Origin: Styela clava
Taxonomy: Eukaryota
NCBI RefSeq assembly: GCF_964204865.1
Contig: NC_135257.1
Span: 11,842,001 to 11,906,000 of the forward strand
Reading direction: 5' to 3'
Length of the DNA stretch: 64,000 nucleotides
Position 1 is the first letter of the stretch, and every line of letters begins with the position of its first letter. The position numbers and the translations under genes were made by a program. The notes beneath the pieces were generated by a model, which worked only from the letters and a program-made list of their open reading frames with translations, was not told the origin of the DNA and did no database searches. Shown in pieces: positions 51,469 through 64,000 of the stretch.

Positions 51469-54400
51469 ATGGGAAATGCTTTGGAAGCCTCAGCTGGTAG
51501 AGCCGAGGTGATGATTATTGGTGGTGGCCCCACTGGTATTGGCGCAGCTTACAGGTATCACTTTACTTTTTTATTATTATGGAGGATGACAATTATTAGG
51601 CTCTTGCTTATCCCACTTAAGCACTGTACAATTGACAGATTTAAACATAATAGGCGTTAGGCCTACTTAAGAATGTAATGTGTATACCACATCTTTTCGC
51701 AGGATACTGTGAAAGTTTGAAATGTTGGCCGCATAATATTTAGACCTTTTTTAAAAACCGTGATATTCAAGCCAAAACTGCCCGACATATACATATATTT
51801 ACCAATGTAACATACTGCAAAAATACTATAACAAGCATGTATGTAACAGTACATGAAAATATCCACCTCAAAGTATCGATATTTTCATGCCGCTATTCTT
51901 CGTTTCAGGTTGGCTCAACACGGCAATCGAAATTGGATATTATTGGATGCCGAAAAGCATCCAGGAGGTTTAGCGGGATCTATTAAAACCCACGAAGGTT
52001 TTCGCTTTGATCACGGGTACAAAACATTTTGTAGTCGATATGATTATTTAGATCAACTGATAGAAGATTGCTTTGGTAACCCACCTAAAAAACTAAAAGA
52101 AAAGGCCCGAGATAACTACGTATATGTTAAAGGACGAATGATCAGGTTCCCCTTACAAAACAATTTGTCCGGACTTCCAGAAGCGGATCAAATAAATTGT
52201 GCTTTAGATTTGGTTCGCGCTCGCATAACCGATAAAAAGCAACGAGTGACAGAAGACGTCATAAATGAAACTGACAAAGAAAACCTTGAACACAGGGAAG
52301 ATGAGTCATTGACAGAAAACAGCAGCAGTCCTATTGAAAATACAGCTGTGATCGGCGAAACCTTGAGAACAATAAGTTTAGAAAACAACGAGCAAAGAAA
52401 CGGTGAACACGTTGAGACCTTAGATGAGTATCTTGTGCGTAAATGGGGCGAAAGTCTATGTAATATATTATTCAGGCCTTATATTTTCAAATCATTTGCG
52501 TATCCGACAAGTAAACTAGTAGCAAATTGGGCTGAAAACAAAATACCACCACCACAACTTGGCGATGACATAGAAAGAATTTTGAACAACGAACAACGTG
52601 ATCCCGGTGAGTATACTTTGGGCTATTTTTTCCAAAAAAACTAAGATCGTTAATGCAGGCAATTTGAAAACAAGGCCTTTGATAACATTGAGAAATTTAA
52701 CTAAAAAAAGCGCAAATTGTTGTTTCCAATTGCCTACATGCTTACCTATTTGAAGACACCTAATTCAATGTACCTTTTTAGCTGTTGATATCGATTCCAC
52801 CACTTTGTATCCATCTAAAGGAGGTTTGGTATCATTTTGGCGAAACATAACTCGACATTTACCAAAGAACAACGTTCGATTCAAAAGTGAAATAATTGAT
52901 CTTGATATTGAAGAAAAGATGGTCAGAACAAAGGATGGGCTTGAAATACAGTATGTTAATTGAATTATAATTTTGCATTGAAGCGTTTGAGGAAAACGGT
53001 TGGTAAGTGTGAATAGTACACTATAAACTTAATGATTTATGTGAAATATGGCGTTCAAATTGAAAGCATTGTCTACAGTAGTCAAAGGTATTCAGACGTT
53101 GTCCCTTATCGATTCCGCAAAGTTTATTTTTATATCATGGCGCTAGGTTTAGATCTAACTCAACATGGCAACCAGGATATAAAATGTGATTAACTTAAAT
53201 AGGGCGTCTGCAGCAGACAAGGGTATCGGAATAGTGATTTATGCCCAGCTTTTACGTCGCAGACAGGCTATAACACATTTGTTAACATAAAGGCCGGATT
53301 TAGACGATAAGAGACCCATAGGCCTATTTGCGAGGTCCCCCACCAACAATGACGTTATAAAAGACCTTAAAAAATTGACATTGTATTGTAGGGAACAATT
53401 ATGTAAAAACACCATACAAAAAATATAATGAAAAAATGTGTAACTTTGAAGTAAATCCTATCCTATAACAATCCCGTGGAAAATTACTCATCTGTAATCC
53501 CAAGCCTTTGTCACAAACTTCATGAGACGTTACTTTGACTGTATTTTTGTTTAGATACGATACCCTAATAAGCACCATGCCGCTTACATCATTACTAGAA
53601 CTTGCTGGCCGAACAGACCTTGGAGCGACACTGACCCATTCATCTTTGTACATTGTATGCTTGGGAGTTCGAGGCATCAGCCCACACAGAGATATAACTG
53701 GTAAATATGTAGTATATAGGCGTTTTGTTGGCTTTTGATATGGTTTGCGATAATTGTGATGCAAGATGGCACATCTAAGCAAAATACCACATGAGCGACA
53801 ATGATATTTTTCTCCGCTTCCGTGAAAGTAAGGTATACATGAATAAAAATGTTTTATTGTGCAAACAAAACACATCTTTGAGGCCTCGGATAATCTTTAA
53901 AGTTTATTTGCAATGCTCTTAGTGCCCCAAGCATGGTTCTATATATAATTATTCGAATTAGAGAGCTCTGAACTCCACAATCGTGCTGGTTCTGTAACCG
54001 CATGAGCAACCGGTATGTAATAAAATAAAAAATAAAATATACGAAACTGAGACATTAAACCTACAATTTCAGTATAATTAGATAACCAATACCGATATTT
54101 GTAGTTGATAAAAGCACGAACTATATATATATATATAGTATAGGTATAGTTGTCCCTAGACTATAGAAAGTGAATCGTATTAAATCATTAACCGGAAGTT
54201 CTACAAAAGTCAATAGGCTTATATTAGTGCATCGGTGAAAATTAATTTAGACTTTGGGAAAAACAAAATAATCTCAGGTGCCCATTCAAATGCCGAATTG
54301 GATCATATTTTTGATTTGACCTAAATTAATCTTAATTTAAATTTTATTCAGGGTGCATTTACTTTCCGGAATCTGATACCGTTTTCCATCGAGCATGTAT

Positions 54401-57221
54401 ATTTTCAAGTTTCGATCCTGATAGTGTACCACGTAAAGATGAACAGATTCCCACAATGCGACTTGCAAAAGAAACAGATGAGTTACAATCGAGTGGCAAT
54501 CAGTGCGGTCCGTATTGGTCTCTACAAGTGGAAGTGAGCGCGGGCCCACTCAAAACCGTATCGGATGCAACTATAAGTGAGCTACTTCATATTCGGCAAT
54601 TTGTATTTCAATTTATATAGTGCTGTTTTTCCGTCAACACCTGAAAAACGGCCGACGATTTTATCAGCACTTTTTCCACCGTTAGGTCTGGTTCACGGTA
54701 TTGCTCTGACCACAACTTGTTGAAATATGAATTTAAAGCTTAAAATCCGGTATGTTTTCTTGTATGGAAATCGAATTACGTTGGTAGAGAAATCAGTGAA
54801 TGTTACCACACATTGATAAATAAATAAGTAAATATTTTGCACAAATTTAATTTCAACTATATCGAATTACATGTTGACAAGGATGTGTTGTGTATGAAAG
54901 TTGAGGTAAACAGCCAGCTAGGGCTAGCTTATGTAACATAAATATATATAGATTTAACTTAATTCAAATCAAAAAGCTTACAAACTATTGTCAAAACAAC
55001 TGGGGTCACCCCCCAGCGACCAGTTTTCCAAATATGTTTTCAATTCATATATTTTAGTCACTTATTTTCGAAAACTAAAAATAACTATGCATCATCAAAA
55101 CATCGGGGGTTTCCGACGACCGCTTTTAAAACCCTAATAACTGGAGTGGATCAACTATAACTCTTCTATTTTAAATTCGCCGTTCAATTTTAAACACCTC
55201 CAAATTGTATGGTATATACTTTCTGTGAAATCATTTGTTTCCAATAATAGCTAAGTAAGTTGGTATAACAACAATGTTCAAATTAGGTCCTTAATATCGT
55301 TCGAGGCATGTTTGTTCCATAAACTAGACTAGACATTCGTCTTTATGTGAAGATTTTTGCTGTTAATTTCGGTGGTGAGAAGTATAAAAAACCTGATTAT
55401 CGGTTGTCACATTGTTTATTGTCGATATACATGCGTTACTGTGCCGCATGGAGTAATTATTAGCTTAAAATTCAGACTCAACAAGACCTCTTTGTACTAA
55501 TCTCGTATTTAACGTAAAGTCATATACAACTTTTCAGGTAAATAGCCCGGCAGGCATTGCAAATTTGGTATCTGATATCCCTTGATATATATAGTAGGTG
55601 CTTGGTACCAAATCGAAGATGGTTTAAAACAAAGAGATGTTGAGCAACATTATAATGGCCCGGACGTGACGTGATTTTGAAGCACCTGACAAGGAGATAA
55701 CTTTCGTTTTTATTTAGTGATAATGATCCACGGAATCATTCTTATATATCGAAGTATAAAGTCGTCACATTCTAATTCAATTATTACTTCACAGTGGATG
55801 AAGTTGTACGAGACGCTTGTTTGGTCGGATTACTTCGACCCAACGATGAAATTGTCTCGATCCACATGACTGAAATGACGCATGGACAACCTTTGCCAAC
55901 TATAGAAAGCGAACAGAAAGTATGTATATAGGTCATATATTCACACTTGAGTGAACAAATTCATAATATAACATGAGGTTGATTCGCAAAGTATTTAAAA
56001 CTCATGATAACACATTGACGTGATGGATCTTGGACGAACTAGAAGATGTTAGTTTGCTACTTTTTATTCGACACCAAGTGTACGTGTGGGTCGTTTTGTT
56101 GAATTTATTAGCGTTGTTATTTTTGTATCAAAAAAAATCTTCAACTATTGTAACAATCAATTTTTGAATACCTAAAGATGGAAGAATTCGCTTACAGGTC
56201 CTTCATCATACATGACCTTCTTTTTTCTTGGCCTATATCTCCACATATTTCAAAATGAAAAACAAAACTTAGAAATTCAGTTTAAATGATATTGACTAAA
56301 TTTCATTGTGTCACAAAAAACGAGTGTATAAGAACAGTTAACGTTTTCCGATACTTAACTTTATAACACTGCAGTGCAACTCGGTACAATCGTTCCACGG
56401 AGTAAACTGGTTGTCAAACAGTATAATGTCACGAGATTATTCGGCAGTGACATTGTGATGATTTAAAATTTAGTCATTTGCCTTTTTCATTCTGGATTCT
56501 TGTAATTATTTGTTCTCATTGTGACAAAGTATGTGACAATACCTTTATTAAATGCTTCCGAGAACTGATCGTGGCGTTCGAGAATTTTGAAATATATTTA
56601 GTGTACCTCATTTAAATTCATATATGTATATATATGTTTTAATTGTGATTCGATATTGTCCAACACGTCAATAGAAGAAAGGTATGCTTATCTGACATAG
56701 AAGAAATTTTCATTAACAGTTTTATATCAGGTTATCGGCAATAATCATGAAAGGAGTGAAGATACTACAAAAATATCTTAGTGCTAACGATGTCATATTC
56801 TTGCGTTAAGATTGATGAGGCTCTCATGTGGTTACAAGAAAGAGGAATTTACAGTCGAGGAAGATTTGGAGCTTTCAAATATCATCTTGGAGATTTGGAT
56901 CATTGCTTCATACAGGGTGTTGAAGCAGTTGATCACATTTTGAAGGGAGATCTCGAACGATGTTTGTGGTCGTCTGCGAACGACATCAATCGTCGAGGAA
57001 AAAGCAAAATCGAATTTCCGTTGTATAATAATGGTATTTCTGGATTCAAGGACGGCGACAGAATAACAGCTGGAGACGTGAGAAATGCGATTACCCGGGA
57101 GCCTGGTAGTTCAACTTCATCGTTTACATCTACCACCTCACCCTCGAGTTCTAGATCGCTTTCTTCTTCACATCATGGAGACGGAGGTCATTCCGGCGAT
57201 TCTAGTGAGGATTCGAGTTAA
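51469..57221 (+). CDS. Divergent eukaryotic UDP-galactopyranose mutase (UGM/GLF)-family FAD protein
   Basis: Exons 51469-51554, 51909-52606, 52782-52950, 53555-53700, 54352-54576, 55795-55919 and 56811-57221 are in phase. Motifs: IIGGGPTGIGAA, PGGLA..EGFRFD.G, FPLQNN, YDTLISTMPL, IYFPE..VFHRA.IFS, GPYWSLQVEVS, SRGRFG..KY..G..DH.F.QGVEAVD. Confidence 0.85.
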
Positions 57222-60015
57222 TGGTGGTAATTGAACATTCGAAATATATATATATATACAATTTTATAGGATATATTTTCACGCCTTCGCTCTGGACAAA
57301 ACCTAAAACAAGCAGACACTATAAATTATTTTCAAAATTGCATTTGTTTGATTTGACGTAAACTTTTGGTTTTCTTTAATCCAGAAAAACCGTAATTCAA
57401 CTCGAGCTGATGGGATGCTGTAGGATTAGCAACCCCATCTCAAGCTTCCTGAGTTAATCTTTTTGGCCAAACTTTGCCTCCCTTTTCTCTTAACAATCTC
57501 AACCTCTCACTATTATCAGTAGCTCATATGATCAGATTTTAATCGAAAGACTCTTTTTAGATGCCAACAACCCTTTGCAGGCTTCAATAACATTGCAGAA
57601 TAGCAGATATGCGTTTATGTACAAAATATATGTGTACCACTGCACGTTTTCAATGAATTTTTATTTGTTTTAAAGTTTATCAATGAATTTTAGTTTTTTT
57701 TTTATGTGACTGGGAGTTTTCTCTGTACTCTTCTCTGATGAGCAGAAATGTTTTTTACATTTAGATCGACAAAAATAACCAGTGCCTTCTATATATATAA
57801 TATATATCAAACACACTTAGGAATGCTTGTTATGGTGACAATGATAAATGCAAGCGTAATGAATGCTCATGTTCGAACTTCCAACAGCGGATTCGAACAA
57901 CCGGTTACTGATTTTCATATAATTTAGTTGGCATTAAAAGAAAATATCACAACGCAAAGCAAATGGAAGTAGGGGACTGTTTGAAGCGACTATTATGTTT
58001 ATAACAAGAGGATGCACATTGTGCATTTATGATGGCATAGTACAAAATGTGTCCCCAGCCAAATAGGGAAGTCCGATTTCAAAGATGTATAGGCCTACCT
58101 TGAATAGAAGTTTCACCTGCTTATGTAAGAAAAGTTATAAAGACAGAGCTTTTATTCTTTGCTATATATTTGTCTGCATTTAGCTGGCAACGCGACTTTG
58201 CTTAAGAATTTGTATGCGCTATTCTACATGCTAATTACCGTACAAATAACACATATTGTCAAGACTATTCACACTGCAGTAACATATTATTTTATTTATA
58301 TATTTGTAAAGCACTACATGGCATATATAGAATAAAACATGAATATTGTGATTAACATTATTTAAGGATTATTGAGATCTGCGGAAACGCTCAATTTGTG
58401 TTGGTTTGGAAACTGGCATATACGCAGAATAATAATCAAATGTGACTAGGAACATAAGTAGGTTCTCTCAAATATTAAATACAACCGGGACACAGTAAAA
58501 GAATCGTCGCAGGTGCTCAATCATCTGGACCAGAATGGAATTTGTTGAACAGGCCAGTAACTTGATATGTGGCTAATACTGTAGTAATCACAGCTAGCCT
58601 TTGTGCAGCGCTGATGCCATCGTACAACCGGCAAAAAGTGACCAGAGGAAAGTTTCAATAATTGCACTAACCCAAACTAAGGCGCCATTTTTAATACATA
58701 CGGCAAATTGAAACATAAATATGGTATTTTCTGGAGTAAATAATGTACCAGAATATAAGATTACATGTAGGCTATGCAGCCACGTGGCAGTCACCCAAGC
58801 CGTACTTGCTGTTCGCATATAACCAGGCGTGAGCTGGGTTCTCTAAACAGGTTCTCTGCTTAATTGTGAATTTCCTGGTTCATGTAGAGATCGGGACTTG
58901 ATGACACTTTTTGATCGAAACTCACGGAACTATACCTATTGCAACTATGATCACGCGTAAAGTTGGTAATCTGTTCGATAAAGATAAGCCTCACAGAATC
59001 CTTTGTAACACCGGAAGTTAAAATCCTGAACGCGGTATCCAAATAACGATGTTTCAATATGTGAATCAGATTAACCAGCTTTTCTTAATATCAAACTATA
59101 GTAGTAACCTAAAACTCACGCTTGCTTAAAACTCTTCGTGTAATTAGTATTAAGATTTTGACGTAAATACGTAAAGTCAGCGTATATTTTATGTACCGGT
59201 AAGTTCATTTGAATTCAAACAATGCATTGTTCTCGCTGTGTTTTAAAGCATGATTAATTTAACGAACCCGCAAGTAATAATAATTATAAATACAAATTAA
59301 TTTCCGTACAAAAAGGTGCACAGGAGTTCACTTGTTTTATAATTGTTAGTAGCGGTCTGGTTATGACAATCCTTCCGCCCGATCATCACTCTCCAGGTGA
59401 ATAATCATTTGTTATGTATTTATAGTATATTTATTGCGTCATTATAAGTTGATATTTCATTCAAAAGTCTTGCATATAGACAGTTTTTTTTTTCATGCGA
59501 GGATTTCTCTTCAAGTGATTATGTTACGTAAAGAAGTTTAGCAATAGGGAAAGCATGGCGTATACTTTCAATGGATATAAAGCTTGTTGTATTTGGTATG
59601 TTAGATTGTCAGTTATATGAAGAATTTGAATCGAACATTCTGCTTTGAAAGATGCGAGGAGAATATTGCGAAACCTTAACACGCTGAAGACACAGCAAAC
59701 ATTAAAAACGGGTTCTTACATCCACAGCGTTTTTTTTTATAATCGCATATTAAAAAATATCATTCAGCATTATGTATAGACGTCCAGCATGTGACTAACA
59801 ACAACTTTTTTAAAACATCCAACAATCTATAATTTGGATACAGAAAGCATATTTAGGATAATCAAACATAAATATTAATTTAATATATTTTAGGCGGTAA
59901 AGTTATAGTTTACTTTTCATTTTATATTAAATTATAACTATTTGTTTGTAATATAGATATATATCTCTACATCAAGTTAACTAGTTTATATTTGTGAATA
60001 AAAAATTCCTTCCAA

Positions 60016-63000
60016 ATGATTTTGTATAGCATTTTCATCTTGCTGTGCATGTCGGCATGGACTATTTCAGGCTTCAACCTAGATATGAATGTGGGTTATT
60101 TTACGTCTGATAGCGGACGACTTTACAACGAATCAAGCCCACCTGACCCTAAAAATTTGAATCATAATGTAACATCCAAATTTTTCGGTTATACAATGGC
60201 TTTCTATCAAGAAAGTACAGAAGGAAAAATAGCGTGAGTATAAAACTAAACGATACTCCCGAAGTATGTGAACCAAGATGGCGGACACCGGAACGTAGAA
60301 TGTGTCCCAGGTTAAGGTTAGGCCATATTTTTAGGTACAAATACTACGGTAGTCACTTGGCTAGTCCCCGAACTCGTAATAGAACTAAAATAAGGAAAAT
60401 TGGAATAAAATTATGGCCTAACCCTAATTTGGTACACATACTACCTTCTGGTGTCCGCCATCTTGGTGCACATACTTCGGGAGCGCCAACTAAACTAAGC
60501 TTTCATTTGTAGAAACACCTAATATTTAAAAGAGTATGAAGTACGTTAATTTGTAAGAAGGAATGATACGACAAACGCGATAGACACTTTAGGTTAAGCC
60601 AAAGAAATCAATATATAAATATATCACAAATAAATCACAAATACTAACCCAAAGTGAAATAAACTAATCAAACGAAAAAACAATAATGAAATTGTTAACA
60701 TCTGTTGAATTGGTTATTATAGGAACTAAAAGATATCCCAACTTCCTATCAATCTTATTGTGAAAACAATTTTTTCTCTGGAAATTTGTTCAGACATGAT
60801 AGTATCTGATTCGATAGCATGATGTGGGTAAGGTTGTGGACTGTGGTACATAAGCATGTTAAATTAAGGGCAACCGGTAGGAAGCGAGGAAGTTATAAAG
60901 TTTTACATCTGTTGCGTCCAAACAGCTAGCAGTTGAAGCTACATGTTATAGTGAAATTCGGTCATCTAACAAAAAGTTTCCAAACCACCTCTTCATATGT
61001 AATATTACCAGGAGAGGGTGAATTTGAATTTAATCCATATATATTCCTAATTCCGACAGCCTTATTATTGGTTCATCTGGAAGTAAAGTTGATCAGACTG
61101 ACTCACAAACAAACAGCACTGGTAAGTTATTGAAAATATCCTTTCAAAATAAAATTTAATTTCCGGGGTCATGCAAGCTTCAGTTGATTGAGAAATCATT
61201 TATTTAAGTACCGATAATAGCTTTTTTTCGAAATACAATATATGAAGATATTCAGTTATTTTACTTGAGCAAGCAACCAAAATTTGAGTTGTAAACATTT
61301 TCACGTTCACTGATTGACGTTTGATAAATAACGTTCACATACAATACTGTTTGCAACAATTTATAGATATTTTGAGACGGATTTGAGCTGACACCAAATT
61401 CACAGGTAAAGATATGTCTACATGCACACTTTCTTGATCTCATCTCATAGAATGAAAAAACGCCAAAGAATCTTTAAACACAATGTGTTTGCAGTTAAAC
61501 TTTCGTTTTCCTGAGAAGTGGTTTGTCACACGGCGCTACTTTCGATTATTGCCAGTCATCAGTAATTGTTGTAATCGATGACGACATAAGTTCGTTTGTT
61601 TATTTTTATTCAAATTTATAAATTCGAACTGTCTTCCTATATATAATGGTGAATCATCACATACGTACATGTTGAAGGCATCCGCAAAATTGTCTTTGTC
61701 ACACCAAGCTTCTATATTTATTGGAATGCTTTTTCTTTCTGTCCCAAAACGGAAAATTTCAACCGGCTTTACTCCATGATTTCCCCGTTCACTTTTTATT
61801 TTATTTAAAAAAAAAAAATTTATTTTGATAGGGAGCAAAATTATTTCAATCAAATGAATAGCCTGATTTTATGAATACCGGTTTTGTTAATTAATTACGA
61901 AAAGAATGAAATATAAAAATGAGGAAATATGAATTCTACGTAGTCTGCTACGTAGGACTACCAACCATTCTATATACAAAGATCAAAGACATTTGTCCGC
62001 GGAGACCACACCTCGATAAATCAGCCCTTCATTTTTGCCGAGCTTGCATGAAATTCTCTCAAATTTTGGCTAATCAGGGATAGTATTGTTACGCAATAGA
62101 TAGTGAAAAAAATAACTTTCCATTATTATTGTCAATAATCTCAATTGATTGTCCAATTTTGTATTTGGATATTAAAAAACTCATTCTCGCCAGTGTGACG
62201 TCTAATTAAAAAAAGCAATTCCAATTTATATTGTATGGGTACTTTGACATCTTAATTTCCCAGAAAAAGAACGCTTATCATAGAAATTAGATTTTATTAG
62301 GGTTCGGAAGCAAGTAATCCACAAACAAAAATGATTTACTTATTATGCAACAATACGATGATAGTATCTTACATCCTTGTATTGTGTTTATATTATTATT
62401 ATTTATTAGTATAATGAATCAGACGTTGGTGCTGACGTTCTTGCGTTCTTGCATTATTTCCAAATAGGATATTGTGAAGAATTCACGAATAACCAGTCGT
62501 TCGTTTTAGTAATAGTTGATTGTTTTTATGGAGCTTCACGATGGCATTATATTGTAAAACACGTGATTTGCTATGTAAACCTGATTGAGCCAATGAGCCA
62601 ATATTACATATTGATTTCAGTATATATATTCTTACATACAGAAGCTGCAGCAAGTGTTCATTTATGTGGATTTTCGACTTCTTTATTTTTTGATGAATCA
62701 TCCAGTGAGTGCAATATGTCCTATCCCAGTGGAACATTATCAGAAGATGGATTTGGACAAGTGGTTGCAATTTCTCAAGATGGAAATATGAAGGTATATG
62801 ATGCAATGATGCGGACTCGCACTCGAGATTTGTGTCTAGGTTCACACTGAGGAAAAACCATAACCATAGAGAATGTATAATATTAACAGAAATATCTTTG
62901 TTTGTTACTCCGTGCGTTTTGGCAATATTTTTTAAAAAATTTGTACAAAGAGACCACATATTAAATTGCAGAACTTCTAAAACAAAGTTCGATTCCATGC

Positions 63001-63939
63001 GCATAAACAGTGTTCCCAAACATATTAAATAAGACCGCCATCAGAATCACAACTAAATTTAGAATATCAATAGTGAATAATAATCAAACACGTCATATAT
63101 GTGGTGTTAGAAGGAGTCGAATATAATATCCATTCAGACATATCTTTGAAATTCCAAATATGTCTACATTCAGGCATGCTCACCTACGAAAAAACAAGTA
63201 TGTGACAACAATTACTATTCTCCTGGATTTTGTTACGTATCTTCTGATTCCGGATCATCCTGGACAAAAGATGCGCAGACTGATCAACTACGTAAAACTT
63301 ACCTAATCTGCTTTTTTGGGGAATGGTGTAAATTAAATCGGTGAAAAATTCCAAAATAAAAACTAGAAAACATCCTAAAAATTGGAAAACCCTGTATTTT
63401 TTCGATCAGAATTGATATCTAAACTTTAAAATCCGCTAAGCATGTTTTAAAAATTCCTTAACTAAATTTGTTTGCATATTTTTTTCGCAATGTATGACAA
63501 CCTGACATTTCAGGTTGTCCAGCCGGGCACGTTGACGTGTTGTTCGTGATAGATGGATCAAGGAGTGTAGAGGAAGCCAATTTTCAAATCGTAATTGCCT
63601 GGGTGAAGAATGTCACAAAAAAACTCGATTTAGAAAGCGGTCATACCAGTGTTGGCGTTGTTCAGTATTCTTCCTACAACCCGGGGTTTGTAATTTGTAA
63701 TCAGCGAAACTATATATATGTATATACTAAATAACCATTAATAAAAAATTTGACAAAAAATGAAAAGTAATCGATAAATAACAACAGTTGTTTTCTGATT
63801 AAACTTGAACGTTTGTTATTCATACCATATAAATTAAAATAGTATTATTTTGCGCTGTTTCAGACAACCAATAAACGATCAAACATACATAAAGACGGAA
63901 ATCGAAATAGGACAGGAAACTAATCAGACTTCCTTCGAG
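60016..63939 (+). CDS. Integrin alpha subunit with an I (vWA) domain, 5' part (continues beyond the window)
   Basis: Signal peptide followed by FNLD. FG-GAP-like FFGYTM / LIIGS / GFGQVV, then ACSP...GFCY and the MIDAS motif DVLFVIDGSRS..VGVVQYS. Exons 60016-60233, 61060-61121, 62642-62793, 63174-63291, 63514-63685, 63864-63939. Confidence 0.88.
60252..60487. mobile_element. Merlin-like MITE, palindromic variant
   Basis: Same family as 5054-5288. Perfect 8-bp TSD AACTAAAC. Confidence 0.8.
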
Positions 63940-64000
63940 GTATGATTCAATTTTAACTGATTCAGTTTCAGAGAAATTTTCTACTAAAATATAAATTTAT

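Noticed and set aside
53399-63019. Longer antisense ORFs (53399-53875, 62483-63019, 61536-61853)
   Set aside because: They overlap exons or introns of well-supported + strand genes and have no recognisable domains.

Overview
AT-rich, intron-containing animal DNA, probably from a tunicate (ascidian). This is an inference from an I-domain integrin alpha together with a UDP-galactopyranose-mutase-like gene and short GT-AG introns. Six protein genes were reconstructed by hand from splice sites and reading phase: (1) the last five exons of argininosuccinate lyase (+); (2) a ~25-26-exon MYBBP1A gene (-, ~9.3-43 kb); (3) an ankyrin-repeat gene nested antisense in a 12.7-kb MYBBP1A intron; (4) FBXO39 (-); (5) a divergent eukaryotic UGM/GLF-family flavoprotein (+); (6) the 5' part of an integrin alpha (+). 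Non-coding highlights: four near-identical 66-nt box C/D snoRNA candidates, one per MYBBP1A intron, antisense to the 28S rRNA peptidyl-transferase region and apparently spread as a TE-flanked cassette; a 1.58-kb foldback palindrome; and many hAT, Merlin-like, Tc1/mariner-like and Helentron-like non-autonomous elements plus a tRNA-derived SINE. Homology statements rest on remembered family motifs, not on searches.
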